A stretch of DNA of 64,000 bases from Eubacteriales bacterium (GCA_045629725.1 JAZQRT010000015.1:4189-68188); one strand, 5' to 3'. Shown: positions 34,409-46,987, counted from the first letter of the stretch. Translations and numbers: made by a program. Notes: generated by a model not told the origin, from the letters alone.

Positions 34409-36088
34409 ATGAACAATACATCAAAGTATCAAAAACAATATTTTGTGCCCCAAGGCGTAACCTATGATTGGATGAAAAAGGAATGTGTTGAGAAGCCTCC
34501 CATTTGGTGCTCCGTTGACCTTCGCGATGGAAATCAGGCTCTTATCATTCCCATGTCACTTGAAGAAAAGCTGGAATTTTTCAAGCTCCTTTGTAAGGTT
34601 GGCTTCAAGGAAATTGAAGTTGGCTTCCCTGCAGCTTCCGAAACTGAATATGAATTCTGCCGCGCCATTATCGAGCAGAACCTCATTCCCGATGACGTAA
34701 CCATTCAGGTTCTCACACAGTCAAGAGAGCATATCATCGCCAAGACCTTTGAAGCTGTAAAGGGCGCAAAGAACGTTATCGTACATCTTTACAATTCAAC
34801 GTCTGTTGCACAGCGTGAGCAGGTGTTCAGAAAATCCAAGGAACAGATCATAGACATAGCAGTATTCGGCGCAGAGCTTTGCCGTAAATACCGCGAGACG
34901 GCAGATCCCGAAATGAATATCACCTTTGAATACTCTCCCGAGTCCTTCACGGGTACGGAGCCCGAGTTTGCAGCAGAGATCTGCAACAGGGTTATTGACA
35001 TCTGGAAGCCTACTCCCGAACAAAAGGTGATCATCAATCTTCCCGTTACGGTTTCTCACTCCATGCCCCACATTTATGCGGCGCAGGTAGAGTACATGGA
35101 CAAAAACCTTATAAACCGCGAAAACGTTATTATCTCCCTGCACCCGCACAATGACCGCGGATGCGCTATTGCAGACAGCGAAATGGGACTTCTTGCAGGA
35201 GGCGACAGAATCGAGGGAACGCTTTTCGGAAACGGCGAGAGAACGGGCAACGTGGATATTATCACTCTTGCTCTTAATATGTACTCTCAGGGTATTGACC
35301 CCGCTCTTGATTTTTCAAATCTTCCCGCAATCACAGAGGTTTACGAGCGTGTTACACGTATGCACGTATACGAGCGTCAGCCCTACTCAGGGCAGCTTGT
35401 ATTTGCGGCGTTCAGCGGATCACATCAGGACGCCATTGCAAAGGGTATGAAATACCGTGCGGACAGACACGAAAAAACATGGACCGTTCCCTACCTTCCC
35501 CTTGACCCCGGAGATATCGGCAGAGTATATGAAGCCGACGTTATCAGAATCAACTCTCAGTCAGGTAAGGGCGGTATCGGTTATATCCTTGAAACTCAAT
35601 TCAATCATATACTTCCTCCCAAGATGCGCGAATGCTTCGGATATCACGTCAAGAGCATTTCAGACCATGAGCACCGCGAGCTTCAGCCCGTGGAGGTATA
35701 CGATATCTTCATGCGTGATTTTGTAAACATTACAAAGTACGTTGACCTTGTAAACACAGACTTCAACACCACCGCGGACGGTATTGAGGCAGTAAGCTCA
35801 GTTACATATCACGGCGAACAGTTCGAGATAACATCCTACGGTAACGGACGTCTTGACGCCATCAGCAACGCGCTTTGTAACATCATCGGAATCGACTATT
35901 CTCTTGAAAGCTACACTGAGCATGACCTTGAGGGTAAATCAAGCTCAAAGGCAGCTTCCTACGTTGGAATCAAACACGATGGCAAGGTATACTGGGGAAC
36001 AGGTATCGACAGCGATATCATTATTTCCTCCGTCAAGGCACTTGTCAGTGCTGTTAATATAATGATCGACGAGATCGGCAAAAAATAA
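34409..36088 (+). CDS. leuA: 2-isopropylmalate synthase (long form)
   Basis: 559 aa with WCSVDLRDGNQ and HPHNDRG motifs. Confidence 0.93.
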   Translation: MNNTSKYQKQYFVPQGVTYDWMKKECVEKPPIWCSVDLRDGNQALIIPMSLEEKLEFFKLLCKVGFKEIEVGFPAASETEYEFCRAIIEQNLIPDDVTIQVLTQSREHIIAKTFEAVKGAKNVIVHLYNSTSVAQREQVFRKSKEQIIDIAVFGAELCRKYRETADPEMNITFEYSPESFTGTEPEFAAEICNRVIDIWKPTPEQKVIINLPVTVSHSMPHIYAAQVEYMDKNLINRENVIISLHPHNDRGCAIADSEMGLLAGGDRIEGTLFGNGERTGNVDIITLALNMYSQGIDPALDFSNLPAITEVYERVTRMHVYERQPYSGQLVFAAFSGSHQDAIAKGMKYRADRHEKTWTVPYLPLDPGDIGRVYEADVIRINSQSGKGGIGYILETQFNHILPPKMRECFGYHVKSISDHEHRELQPVEVYDIFMRDFVNITKYVDLVNTDFNTTADGIEAVSSVTYHGEQFEITSYGNGRLDAISNALCNIIGIDYSLESYTEHDLEGKSSSKAASYVGIKHDGKVYWGTGIDSDIIISSVKALVSAVNIMIDEIGKK

Positions 36089-36125
36089 AAACAATATTTT
36101 ACTCATCAAGGAGCAAAAAAAGTTT

Positions 36126-37802
36126 ATGAAAATGACAGGCGCAGAAATCATTGTAAATACTCTCATTGAACAGGGTGTTACCGATGTTTTCGGTTATCCG
36201 GGCGGTCAGGTGCTTAATATTTACGACGCCCTTTATAAAAACCAAGATAAGATCAACCATATCCTTACCGCGCACGAGCAGGGTGCATCCCATGCGGCTG
36301 ACGGCTACTCAAGAGCAACAGGTAAGGTTGGAGTGGTAATTACGACCTCGGGGCCCGGTGCTACAAACATCGTAACCGGTATTGCAACCGCAATGCTTGA
36401 CTCTGTTCCCATGGTTGCCATCACAGGAAACGTTCCCTGCTCCCTCATCGGAAAGGACTCCTTCCAAGAGGTGGATATCACAGGCGTTACACTCCCTATC
36501 ACAAAGCATAACTACTTCATTAACGATATCAAGGACCTTGCAGACTCTATCCGTGAAGCTTTCCGTATTGCTAAATCAGGAAGACCCGGTCCCGTGCTTA
36601 TTGATATTCCCAAGGATATTCAGGTTGCGGAATATGATTACGAGCCCCAGCCCATTACAGAAAAAATTCCCCTTCCCAAGGCAACAGAGGAGCAGATAGA
36701 CGAGGCAATAGAGCTTATCAAAGCCGCAAAGCGTCCATATATCTATATCGGCGGCGGTGCGGCAGGTCTCGGACTTGGCGAAAAGATCGTTGAATTTGCA
36801 GAAAAGATTGATGCTTACATCGGCTGTACCTTTATGGGTCTTTCGGCAGTACCCAACGATTGCCCCAGATACCTTGGTATGCAGGGTATGCACGGTAAAT
36901 ACTCCTCCTCAATGGCGCAGAAAAACTGCGACCTTATCATCGGTATCGGTATCCGTTTCAGCGACAGAGCAACGGGTAACGTTGCAAAGTATGCAAAGAA
37001 CAGTAAAATAATTCAGCTTGATCCCGATTTTTCAGAAATCAACAAGAACGTAAAGGTAGATCTCGGTATCGTTGCAGACGTTTACGATTCCTTTATGAGA
37101 ATTGCTGAAAAATCCCCCAAAAAGACAAATCCCGAATGGAATGTACTGGTTAAGGGACTTGTATCCGATCAGAAAAGATATGAAAACGAGGCAGCACTTA
37201 ATGACAAGAGCATCCTCTCTCCCAAGATGGTAATTGACTCCATCAATAAACTCAAGCCCGAAGGAACCATTATCGCAACTGACGTTGGTCAGCATCAGAT
37301 GTGGACCGCTCAGTATGCAAGCTTCGACAAGCCCCGCAGATTTGTTTCAAGCGGCGGACTTGGAACAATGGGATTCGGTTACGGCGCAGCTATCGGTGCA
37401 CACGTTGCAAGCGGCGATACAACAGTTCTCATCACAGGTGACGGAAGCTTCGGTATGAATCTCAATGAGATCGCAACAGCAGTTTCTTACAATATCCCGA
37501 TCATTACGGTGGTTATGAACAACGGAGTTCTCGGAATGGTTCGTCAGTGGCAGACGCTTTTCTTCGGAAAAAGATATTCCAACACAGTACTTGGAAGACA
37601 GACAGACTTTGTTAAGCTTGCTGAGGCTTTCGGCGCGGTTGGTATGAGAGTTCATACTCCCGAGGAATTTGAAAAAGCATTCAAGGAAGCCCTTGAGCTT
37701 GGACGCCCCGTAATTATTGACACAATAATCGACAAAGACGAGTTCGTTCTTCCCATGCTCCCCCCCGGCGGATCGATCGAAGATATCATCGTTCAGAAAT
37801 AA
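36126..37802 (+). CDS. ilvB: acetolactate synthase large subunit
   Basis: 558 aa, a ThDP enzyme (GYPGG, GLGTMGFG, GDGSF...N). Confidence 0.93.
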   Translation: MKMTGAEIIVNTLIEQGVTDVFGYPGGQVLNIYDALYKNQDKINHILTAHEQGASHAADGYSRATGKVGVVITTSGPGATNIVTGIATAMLDSVPMVAITGNVPCSLIGKDSFQEVDITGVTLPITKHNYFINDIKDLADSIREAFRIAKSGRPGPVLIDIPKDIQVAEYDYEPQPITEKIPLPKATEEQIDEAIELIKAAKRPYIYIGGGAAGLGLGEKIVEFAEKIDAYIGCTFMGLSAVPNDCPRYLGMQGMHGKYSSSMAQKNCDLIIGIGIRFSDRATGNVAKYAKNSKIIQLDPDFSEINKNVKVDLGIVADVYDSFMRIAEKSPKKTNPEWNVLVKGLVSDQKRYENEAALNDKSILSPKMVIDSINKLKPEGTIIATDVGQHQMWTAQYASFDKPRRFVSSGGLGTMGFGYGAAIGAHVASGDTTVLITGDGSFGMNLNEIATAVSYNIPIITVVMNNGVLGMVRQWQTLFFGKRYSNTVLGRQTDFVKLAEAFGAVGMRVHTPEEFEKAFKEALELGRPVIIDTIIDKDEFVLPMLPPGGSIEDIIVQK

Positions 37803-37814
37803 GAGGTGACAGAT

Positions 37815-38321
37815 ATGGATAAGAAAAATAAATTTGTCATCGCAGTTTACGTTGACAACAAATTCGGTGTACTTACCCGAGTTACAAGCATGTTCACACG
37901 CCGCGGCTTCAATATTGACGCTCTTACGGTTGGTGAAACAGAATGTCCCGAATATTCCAGAATCACCATCTCCATGAGCGGTGACGGCTACGCCAAGGAA
38001 CAGCTTATCAATCAGATGAAAAAGCTCTTCGTTGTTAAAAAGGTTGAAGTTATCGACGAAAGCGAGGCTATCAAAAGAGAGCTTGTGCTCATAAAGGTGA
38101 GAAATGATGCTGCAACCAAGAATGACGTTCTCACTGCGGTACAGATCTACAGAGCAAAGGTTATCGACTATTCATTTGATTCAATGTGCATTGAGATCAC
38201 AGGCGAACCCTCAAAGATCGATGCCTTTGTTAAACTTATGGTTCCTTACGGTGTTCTTGAAATGTGCCGCACGGGAATCGTTGCACTTGAACGCGGAAAT
38301 ACTACACTGCTTACAAAATAA
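37815..38321 (+). CDS. ilvN: acetolactate synthase small (regulatory) subunit
   Basis: Start at the ATG preceded by AAGAGGTGA. The ACT domain begins VDNKFGVLTRV..MFTRRGFNI. Confidence 0.9.
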   Translation: MDKKNKFVIAVYVDNKFGVLTRVTSMFTRRGFNIDALTVGETECPEYSRITISMSGDGYAKEQLINQMKKLFVVKKVEVIDESEAIKRELVLIKVRNDAATKNDVLTAVQIYRAKVIDYSFDSMCIEITGEPSKIDAFVKLMVPYGVLEMCRTGIVALERGNTTLLTK

Positions 38322-38349
38322 GCGGCGCAATATATATTTTTTAAATTAA

Positions 38350-39381
<1,032 letters not shown>

Positions 39382-39395
39382 TTATTATTTCTATT

Positions 39396-39451
39396 TCAAG
39401 GGCTTCGCCCTTCGATCTACCAAAGAACCTTTCCCGGAAAGGTTCTTTGGA
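39396..39451 (+). repeat. two GC-rich hairpins in the ilvC-ilvD spacer (no U-tract)
   Basis: AAGGGC-ttc-GCCCTT followed by CCAAAGAACCTTT-cccgg-AAAGGTTCTTTGG, a perfect 13-bp stem. Confidence 0.6.
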
Positions 39452-39572
39452 ATCTCCAAAAACTTTCGAAATTTTTTTCAAAGTTTGTGAAGATGATTAA
39501 ATTATTCTGCAAAAAAACATTTTAATTTTCCTTTTACTAAAGTTATTGAAAGGTTCGTAAAAATAAAAAATC

Positions 39573-41234
39573 ATGATTAAAGATACAATAGTTGACGGAT
39601 TCCAGAATGCGCCCCACCGCAGTCTTTATCACGCATTGGGGCTCACAGACGAGGAGCAATCCCGTCCTCTTATCGGAATCGTAAGCTCATACAATGAGAT
39701 CGTACCCGGTCACATAAATCTTGACAAGATCACACAGGCGGTAAAGCTTGGTGTTGCAATGGCAGGCGGTACACCCATTATGTTCCCTGCGATAACAGTA
39801 TGTGACGGTATTGCCATGGGACACACAGGAATGAAATATTCCCTTGTTACCCGTGACCTTATTGCAGACTCAACCGAGGCTATGGTTATGGCGCACGGAT
39901 TTGACGGACTTGTTATGATCCCCAACTGTGACAAGAACGTGCCCGGACTTCTCATGGCGGCGGCAAGACTCAATATTCCTACCGTATTTGTAAGCGGTGG
40001 TCCCATGCTTGCAGGACGTGTTGAAGGTAAAAAGCGCAGTCTTTCCTCAATGTTTGAAGCAGTTGGTGCATATAATGCAGGAAAGATCAACGAAGAACAG
40101 CTTGTAGAATTTGAGCGTAAGGTATGCCCCACATGCGGCTCTTGCTCGGGAATGTACACTGCAAACTCAATGAACTGTCTGACAGAGGTTCTCGGAATGG
40201 GACTTTGCGGAAACGGTACTCTCCCCGCAGTTTACTCTGCAAGAATCGAGCTTGCAAAGCACGCAGGTATGCAGATCATGGAGCTTGTAAAGAAAAACAT
40301 TCGTCCCCGTGATATTATGACACCTGCCGCTATCCGCAACGCTATCACTGCGGACATGGCGCTTGGATGCTCCACAAACAGTATGCTCCATCTTCCCGCA
40401 ATCGCAAACGAATGCGGTATCCCCTTTGACCTTGACGAGGTAAACGCAATCAGCGAAAAAACTCCCAATCTCTGTCATCTTGCTCCCGCAGGTCCCACTT
40501 ACATGGAGGATCTTTACGAGGCAGGCGGTGTATACGCAGTGCTGAAGGAGATCGACAAGCTCGGTCTTATCGACACGTCCGTTATGACGTGCACAGGTAA
40601 GACACTTGGAGAAAATATTGCAAATTCCGTAAATAAGGATACCTCCGTAATTCGCACTGTTCAAAATCCCTATTCCGCAACAGGTGGAATCGCAGTCCTC
40701 AAGGGTAACCTTGCTCCCGACGGATGCGTTGTTAAAAGAAGTGCCGTTGCTCCCGAAATGCTCGTTCACGAGGGGCCTGCAAAGGTATATGAGAGCGAAG
40801 AAGAAGCAATTGCGGCAATTTACGGCGGAAAGATCGAAAAGGGCGACGTTGTTGTCATTCGTTACGAAGGCCCCAGCGGCGGTCCCGGAATGAGAGAAAT
40901 GCTCTCCCCCACATCCGCTATTGCAGGTATGGGACTTGACAAGGACGTTGCGCTCATCACCGACGGACGTTTCTCCGGTGCAACAAGAGGCGCCTCCATC
41001 GGTCACGTTTCTCCCGAGGCTGTAAGCGGAGGTATTATCGCTTACGTTAAGGACGGCGACATTATTTCCATAAATATTCCCGAGTATTCAATCACCCTTA
41101 AGGTTTCCGATGAGGAGCTTGAAGCACGTAAAGCTGAAATGCCCATCAAGAAGAAGGAAAATCTCTCAGGATATCTTAAGCGTTACTCCGCACAGGTAAG
41201 CTCTGCTGACCGCGGTGCAATAATCAACAGATGA
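39573..41234 (+). CDS. ilvD: dihydroxy-acid dehydratase
   Basis: 553 aa with [14 protein letters not shown] and CPTCGSC motifs. Confidence 0.95.
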   Translation: MIKDTIVDGFQNAPHRSLYHALGLTDEEQSRPLIGIVSSYNEIVPGHINLDKITQAVKLGVAMAGGTPIMFPAITVCDGIAMGHTGMKYSLVTRDLIADSTEAMVMAHGFDGLVMIPNCDKNVPGLLMAAARLNIPTVFVSGGPMLAGRVEGKKRSLSSMFEAVGAYNAGKINEEQLVEFERKVCPTCGSCSGMYTANSMNCLTEVLGMGLCGNGTLPAVYSARIELAKHAGMQIMELVKKNIRPRDIMTPAAIRNAITADMALGCSTNSMLHLPAIANECGIPFDLDEVNAISEKTPNLCHLAPAGPTYMEDLYEAGGVYAVLKEIDKLGLIDTSVMTCTGKTLGENIANSVNKDTSVIRTVQNPYSATGGIAVLKGNLAPDGCVVKRSAVAPEMLVHEGPAKVYESEEEAIAAIYGGKIEKGDVVVIRYEGPSGGPGMREMLSPTSAIAGMGLDKDVALITDGRFSGATRGASIGHVSPEAVSGGIIAYVKDGDIISINIPEYSITLKVSDEELEARKAEMPIKKKENLSGYLKRYSAQVSSADRGAIINR

Positions 41235-41253
41235 TCCCAAGGAGGATAACAAA

Positions 41254-42525
41254 ATGTCAATGACAATGACACAAAAAATTCTTGCCGACCATGCAGGACT
41301 CCCCTGTGTTTCGGCAGGAGATCTGATCCTTGTTAATCTTGACAGAGTTTTGGGAAATGACATCACATCTCCCGTAGCAATCAGAGAATTTAACAAGATC
41401 GGTGTAGAAAACGTATATGACAAGGACAAGGTGACCATGGTTATGGACCACTTTGCTCCCAACAAAGATATCAAAGCCGCAGTACAGTGCAAGATGTGCC
41501 GTGATTTCTGCAACGATAAGGAGATCACACACTTCTATGACGTTGGTCGTATGGGAATTGAACACGCGCTCCTTCCCGAAAAAGGACTTGTTGTTCCCGG
41601 TGACGTTGTTATCGGCGCTGACTCCCACACATGTACCTACGGTGCTCTTGGTGCTTTCTCAACAGGTGTTGGTTCAACGGATATGGCTTGCGCTATGGCA
41701 TCGGGCAAGACTTGGTTCAAGGTTCCCTCTGCCATCAAATTCGTACTTAAGGGCAAGCTCAACAAATTCGTTTCAGGTAAGGACGTTATCCTTCACATTA
41801 TCGGTATGATCGGTGTTGACGGCGCTCTTTACCGCTCAATGGAATTCACAGGCGAGGGCGTTAAGTCACTTTCCATCTTCGACCGCCTTACAATTTGTAA
41901 CATGGCTATCGAGGCAGGTGCTAAAAACGGAATCTTTGAAGTTGACGAGGAAACTGTAAACTACGTAAAAGAGCGTTCTGACCGCGAGATCAAGGCATAC
42001 AAGGCTGACGCTGATGCGGAGTATGACGAAATTTATGAGATCGACCTTTCCGCGATCAAGTCAACAGTAAGCTTCCCCCACCTTCCCGAGAACACGAGAA
42101 CTATTGACGAGGTGGGCGATATCGTGATTGATCAGGTGGTTATCGGTTCATGCACAAACGGTCACTACAAGGACCTTGAAGAAGCGGCTAAGATCATTAA
42201 GGGACATAAGGTTGCAAAAAACGTAAGAGCAATCATTATCCCCGCAACACAGGATATCTACCTGAAGGCTATGGAAAACGGCTTGATCAAGACCTTTATT
42301 GAAGCAGGATGCGTTGTTTCAACACCCACCTGCGGTCCTTGCCTTGGCGGTTACATGGGTATTCTTGCCGCAGGTGAAAGAGCTGTTGCTACAACTAACC
42401 GTAACTTTGTAGGCAGAATGGGCGACATTACCTCCGAGGTTTACCTTGCAAGCCCCGCAGTTGCCGCTGCAAGTGCTATTCAGGGTAAGATCGCTGACCC
42501 CCTCAGCATCGAAATAAAGGAGTGA
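41254..42525 (+). CDS. leuC: 3-isopropylmalate dehydratase large subunit
   Basis: 423 aa, aconitase family (GADSHT, GSCTNG, CGPCLG). Confidence 0.92.
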   Translation: MSMTMTQKILADHAGLPCVSAGDLILVNLDRVLGNDITSPVAIREFNKIGVENVYDKDKVTMVMDHFAPNKDIKAAVQCKMCRDFCNDKEITHFYDVGRMGIEHALLPEKGLVVPGDVVIGADSHTCTYGALGAFSTGVGSTDMACAMASGKTWFKVPSAIKFVLKGKLNKFVSGKDVILHIIGMIGVDGALYRSMEFTGEGVKSLSIFDRLTICNMAIEAGAKNGIFEVDEETVNYVKERSDREIKAYKADADAEYDEIYEIDLSAIKSTVSFPHLPENTRTIDEVGDIVIDQVVIGSCTNGHYKDLEEAAKIIKGHKVAKNVRAIIIPATQDIYLKAMENGLIKTFIEAGCVVSTPTCGPCLGGYMGILAAGERAVATTNRNFVGRMGDITSEVYLASPAVAAASAIQGKIADPLSIEIKE

Positions 42526-42529
42526 TAGT

Positions 42530-43024
42530 ATGAAATTTACAGGAAAAGCAATTAAATACGGTGACAACGTTGACACCGACGTTATCATTCCCGCAAGATA
42601 TCTCAATACCATTGATAAAAAAGAACTTGCTTGCCACTGCATGGAGGATATCGACAAGGACTTCGTAAATAAGGTAAACAACGGCGATATTATGGTTGCA
42701 GGAAACAACTTCGGTTGCGGCTCATCCCGTGAGCATGCCCCCATCGCCATCAAGGAAAGCGGGATCTCCATTGTTATCGCAAGAAGTTTTGCAAGAATAT
42801 TCTACCGCAACGCAATCAATATCGGTCTTGCGATCCTTGAATGTCCCGAAGCTGCCGATGCTATTGAAGAAGGCCACATCGTTGAAGCAGATCTTGACAA
42901 GGGTGTAATTTACGATAAAACAACGGGGGCTGAATTTATAACAAAGCCCTTCCCCGAATTCATTCAGAAAATCATCACAAACGGCGGACTTGTTGAATCC
43001 GTACGCCGCGGCGATATAAAATAA
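42530..43024 (+). CDS. leuD: 3-isopropylmalate dehydratase small subunit
   Basis: 164 aa with [14 protein letters not shown]. Confidence 0.92.
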   Translation: MKFTGKAIKYGDNVDTDVIIPARYLNTIDKKELACHCMEDIDKDFVNKVNNGDIMVAGNNFGCGSSREHAPIAIKESGISIVIARSFARIFYRNAINIGLAILECPEAADAIEEGHIVEADLDKGVIYDKTTGAEFITKPFPEFIQKIITNGGLVESVRRGDIK

Positions 43025-43033
43025 GGATATACT

Positions 43034-44101
43034 ATGAAATACAATATAGGACTTTTAAAGGGTGACGGAATAGGACCCGAGATCGTTGACGAGGCTGTCA
43101 GAGTTCTTGAGGTTATCGGAAAAAAATTCGGCCACGAATTTATCTTCACACCCTATCTTATAGGCGGTATCGCCATTGATACCACGGGAAAGCCTCTCCC
43201 CGAGGAAACTGTTGAAGGCTGTCTTGCCTCCGACAGCGTAATTCTCGGTGCGGTGGGCGGTCCCCGTTGGGACACACTTCCCGGCAACCTTCGCCCCGAA
43301 AAGGCACTTCTCGGCATTCGTGCCGCTATGGAGCTTTTCACAAATCTCCGTCCCGCAAAGCTTTACCCCGCACTTAAGGATGATTGCCCCCTCAGACCCG
43401 ATATCGTTGAAAACGGCTTCGATATCATGATAGTTCGCGAGCTTACAGGCGGCATCTACTTTGGTGAACGCGGTATGCGTGAGGGCAAATACGGTGAGGA
43501 GGCATACGATACAGAATGCTACAGCCGCATGGAGATCGAAAGAATTGCAAGAGTTGCTTTTGACGCCGCAAGAAAGAGAAATAAGCGTCTTACAAGCATT
43601 GATAAGGCAAACGTTCTTGAATCATCAAGACTTTGGAGAAAGGTGGTTCACGAAATTGCCGAGGAATACCCCGACGTTGAATGTAAGGATATGCTCGTTG
43701 ACAATGCGGCAATGCAGCTTGTGAGAAATCCCTCTCAGTTCGACGTTATCGTAACCTCCAATATGTTCGGAGATATCCTCTCTGACGAGGCTTCTCAGAT
43801 CACAGGATCCATCGGTATGCTTCCCTCCGCATCTCTTGGCAGCACCACCCGCGGACTTTACGAGCCCATTCACGGCTCTGCTCCCGATATTGCAGGCAAG
43901 GGACTTGCAAACCCCATCGCCACAATCCTTTCCGCAGCAATGATGCTTCTTTATTCCTTCGGTCTTAAGGAGGAATCCGATGCCATCATAAATGCAGTTG
44001 ATGAGGTATTGAATGAGGGCTGGCGTACTGCCGATATCGCTCACGGTAAGGATGCCCTTTCCACAAAGGAAATCACCGACAAGATCATCGAAAAGCTTTG
44101 A
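43034..44101 (+). CDS. leuB: 3-isopropylmalate dehydrogenase
   Basis: 355 aa with GDGIGPEI and [12 protein letters not shown]. Confidence 0.95.
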   Translation: MKYNIGLLKGDGIGPEIVDEAVRVLEVIGKKFGHEFIFTPYLIGGIAIDTTGKPLPEETVEGCLASDSVILGAVGGPRWDTLPGNLRPEKALLGIRAAMELFTNLRPAKLYPALKDDCPLRPDIVENGFDIMIVRELTGGIYFGERGMREGKYGEEAYDTECYSRMEIERIARVAFDAARKRNKRLTSIDKANVLESSRLWRKVVHEIAEEYPDVECKDMLVDNAAMQLVRNPSQFDVIVTSNMFGDILSDEASQITGSIGMLPSASLGSTTRGLYEPIHGSAPDIAGKGLANPIATILSAAMMLLYSFGLKEESDAIINAVDEVLNEGWRTADIAHGKDALSTKEITDKIIEKL

Positions 44102-44107
44102 TTTCCC

Positions 44108-45283
44108 ATGGATAAAATAAGTAAACTATACCAAGAACTTTGCACCGTCAGCATATTTTCCGAGATCTTTAAAAAGCCGTACTTCAAATATTTCTTTGAT
44201 TACTGCCACTCGGGAACAACGGATGAAAAGCTTATAAACTATTCAAAATTTGTCGGAGAAATATACAAAAACGGTGTCAACCTTACGGAAATTGTAAAAA
44301 AATCCGTGTTTGAGGATGAGAATGTTTTTGTAAAATGCCATGCATCGGGAAAGGACGTAAACCGTAGTATTGAAAAAGCCGCCATGTATGAGCTTCATGT
44401 TCTTTCGAAGTTTGCCTCCCTTTCGGCGGATGATTTTCGCATTGAATTCAATGAAATTGAATATATTCCCGAATTCGATTCCTACAAAACGGATATCACG
44501 GGGGAATATCTTGAAAGGGTGCAGAACATCGAAAAATACGGTTACGGAATATTTGCCTCCCACGGAATGTTCAGACTTTCAGAGGACGGAACTATTATTC
44601 CCATTACGGCACCCGACAAGACCACCATTGATTCTTTTGTCGGATATGCTGCCGAAAGAGGTAAAATACTCGAAAATACCGAAATGCTTCTCACGGGGCG
44701 TCCCGCCGCCAACGCACTTCTTTACGGAGATGCGGGAACGGGAAAATCCTCAACGGTAAAGGCTCTTGCAAATCACTTTTATGAAAAGGGTCTGCGCCTT
44801 ATTGAGGTTCGCAAAAACCAGCTTTTGTACCTTCCCAAGATCATGGGTGAGATAAACTCCAATCCCCTTAAATTTATAATTTTCATTGATGACCTGTCCT
44901 TCAACAGTAACGATGATAATTTCAGTATGCTTAAGGCAACTCTTGAAGGCTCTGCATCGGCAAAAGCGGATAATGCAGTGATATATGCCACAAGCAATCG
45001 ACGTCATATAATAAAGGAAAGCTTCTCTGAACGTGAAGGCAGCGATATTCATCGCAATGACACCGTTCAAGAAACACTTTCCCTGTCCGAGCGTTTTGGT
45101 TTGCGAGTTATGTTCGCAAAGCCCGAAAAACGGCTTTATCTTGAGATTGTTCATGAGCTTGCAAAAAGACGAGGACTTAATATTCCCGAAAAAGAACTTG
45201 ATCTGCAGGCAGAAGCCTTCGTGCTTCGCCACGGATACCGCTCCGCCAGATGTGCCGAGCAATTTATTGACAGCCTAATGTAA
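44108..45283 (+). CDS. DUF815-type AAA+ ATPase of unknown function
   Basis: 391 aa with Walker A LLYGDAGTGKSSTVKAL and Walker B-like FIIFIDDLSF. Starts 6 nt after the leuB stop. Confidence 0.7.
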   Translation: MDKISKLYQELCTVSIFSEIFKKPYFKYFFDYCHSGTTDEKLINYSKFVGEIYKNGVNLTEIVKKSVFEDENVFVKCHASGKDVNRSIEKAAMYELHVLSKFASLSADDFRIEFNEIEYIPEFDSYKTDITGEYLERVQNIEKYGYGIFASHGMFRLSEDGTIIPITAPDKTTIDSFVGYAAERGKILENTEMLLTGRPAANALLYGDAGTGKSSTVKALANHFYEKGLRLIEVRKNQLLYLPKIMGEINSNPLKFIIFIDDLSFNSNDDNFSMLKATLEGSASAKADNAVIYATSNRRHIIKESFSEREGSDIHRNDTVQETLSLSERFGLRVMFAKPEKRLYLEIVHELAKRRGLNIPEKELDLQAEAFVLRHGYRSARCAEQFIDSLM

Positions 45284-45314
45284 TTTATAATTAGTCAGAA
45301 AGAAGAAAATTAAA

Positions 45315-46517
45315 ATGTTGACACTCGACAATGTTTACAGAGCTAGTTTTGCCCTCAAAGGTATCATTCGCAAAACCTCTGTTATCTCAGCCCCTAAGCT
45401 TGTTAAAGGAACCCAGCTTTATCTTAAAACAGAAAACCTCCAAACAACAGGTTCATTCAAGATAAGAGGCGCATACTACAAAATGTCCAAGCTCTCCGAA
45501 GAAGAAAAAGCAAGAGGTGTTGTTGCCTGCTCCGCGGGTAACCATGCTCAAGGCGTTGCCCTTGCGGCGCAAAAAAACGGCATCAAAGCCGTAATTTGTC
45601 TGCCTGACGGCGCACCTATTTCAAAGGTTGAAGCTACAAAAAGCTATGGCGCAGAGGTTAAGCTTGTTGAGGGCGTTTACGACGATGCTTACAACACGGC
45701 TCTTGAGCTCCGTGACAAGCAGGGCTACACCTTTATCCACCCCTTCAACGACGAAGACGTTATTGCAGGTCAGGGTACAATCGCCCTTGAGCTTGTTGAA
45801 CAACTTCCCGACCTTGATGCGGTTATCGTACCCATCGGCGGCGGCGGACTTATTGCAGGTATCGCCTACACCATCAAATCTCTTAACCCCAACATCAAGG
45901 TATACGGAGTTCAGGCAAGCGGTGCCCCCTCCATGTATAAATCAGTAAAGGAAGCAAAGATCAAAACCCTTGACTCTGTTTCCACTATCGCAGACGGTAT
46001 TGCTGTAAAATGTCCCGGTGACCTCACATATAAGATCTGCAGCGAATACGTTGACGATATCGTTACTGTTACCGATGACGAAATTTCCGCCGCTATTCTT
46101 GCTCTTATGGAACAGCACAAGCTCGTTACCGAGGGTGCAGGAGCAACCGCTGTTGCCGCCGCTATGTTCGGTAAGCTTGATATTAAGGACAAAAAGGTGG
46201 TTTGTGTTCTCTCGGGTGGTAATATTGACGTTACTATCCTTTCAAGAGTCATTTCCCGCGGTCTTTTGATGTCTGGAAGAAACTGCTCTCTTTTGATCGA
46301 GCTTGTTGATAAGCCCGGTCAGCTCAAGAATGTTTCTGCTCTTATTGCCGATATGGGCGGTAACGTTATATCAATTCACCACGAACGAGCAAACGAAGGC
46401 TCCGATGTAAACGGATGTTATCTCAGAATCGTTCTTGAAACAAGGAATTTTGAGCATATCAATGAAATCAGACAGGCTCTTACGGACGCAGGCTTCAAGC
46501 TTCTGCAAGTATTTTAA
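45315..46517 (+). CDS. ilvA: threonine ammonia-lyase (biosynthetic type with C-terminal regulatory domain)
   Basis: 400 aa with the PLP site TGSFKIRGA, plus SAGNHAQG and GGGGL. Confidence 0.92.
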   Translation: MLTLDNVYRASFALKGIIRKTSVISAPKLVKGTQLYLKTENLQTTGSFKIRGAYYKMSKLSEEEKARGVVACSAGNHAQGVALAAQKNGIKAVICLPDGAPISKVEATKSYGAEVKLVEGVYDDAYNTALELRDKQGYTFIHPFNDEDVIAGQGTIALELVEQLPDLDAVIVPIGGGGLIAGIAYTIKSLNPNIKVYGVQASGAPSMYKSVKEAKIKTLDSVSTIADGIAVKCPGDLTYKICSEYVDDIVTVTDDEISAAILALMEQHKLVTEGAGATAVAAAMFGKLDIKDKKVVCVLSGGNIDVTILSRVISRGLLMSGRNCSLLIELVDKPGQLKNVSALIADMGGNVISIHHERANEGSDVNGCYLRIVLETRNFEHINEIRQALTDAGFKLLQVF

Positions 46518-46534
46518 TCAAGGAGTAAATTATT

Positions 46535-46909
46535 ATGATAACTAAAATTTCCACAAATAAAGCTCCCGGTGCTATCGGACCTTATTCTCAGGCTGTTGTA
46601 TTCGGAAATATACTTTTTACTTCAGGTCAGATCGCGATCAATCCCGCAAGCGGAAACGTTGAAGAATCTACCATCGAAGGACAGACCGAGCAGGTTATGA
46701 AAAACCTCGGTGCAGTACTTGAAGAAGCAGGTTCTTCCTTTGAAAAAGCTATCAAAACCACCTGTTTCCTTGCAGACATGGCTGATTTTGCCGCTTTCAA
46801 TGAGATCTACGGAAAATATTTTACAGGCAAGCCCGCACGCAGCTGCGTTGCCGCAAAAGCACTTCCCAAGGGCGTTCTCGTTGAAGTTGAAGTAATTGCA
46901 GAAATATAA
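46535..46909 (+). CDS. ridA: RidA family reactive enamine/imine deaminase
   Basis: 124 aa, GPYSQAV...GQI...ARSCV...LPKGVLVEVE. Confidence 0.92.
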   Translation: MITKISTNKAPGAIGPYSQAVVFGNILFTSGQIAINPASGNVEESTIEGQTEQVMKNLGAVLEEAGSSFEKAIKTTCFLADMADFAAFNEIYGKYFTGKPARSCVAAKALPKGVLVEVEVIAEI

Positions 46910-46936
46910 ATACTTGTTCTGATATCCTGCAAACAG

Positions 46937-46980
46937 AATAATAATACCCCGACAGAAAAATCTGTCGGGGTATTATTATT
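46937..46980 (+). terminator. intrinsic terminator after ridA
   Basis: AATAATACCCCGACAG-aaaaat-CTGTCGGGGTATTATT followed by ATT. Confidence 0.8.
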
Positions 46981-46987
46981 CAAAAAA

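Noticed and set aside
40167-41006. A 279-aa ORF antisense to ilvD.
   Set aside because: The same reasoning applies. It is embedded in ilvD, the translation is implausible and there is no start context.
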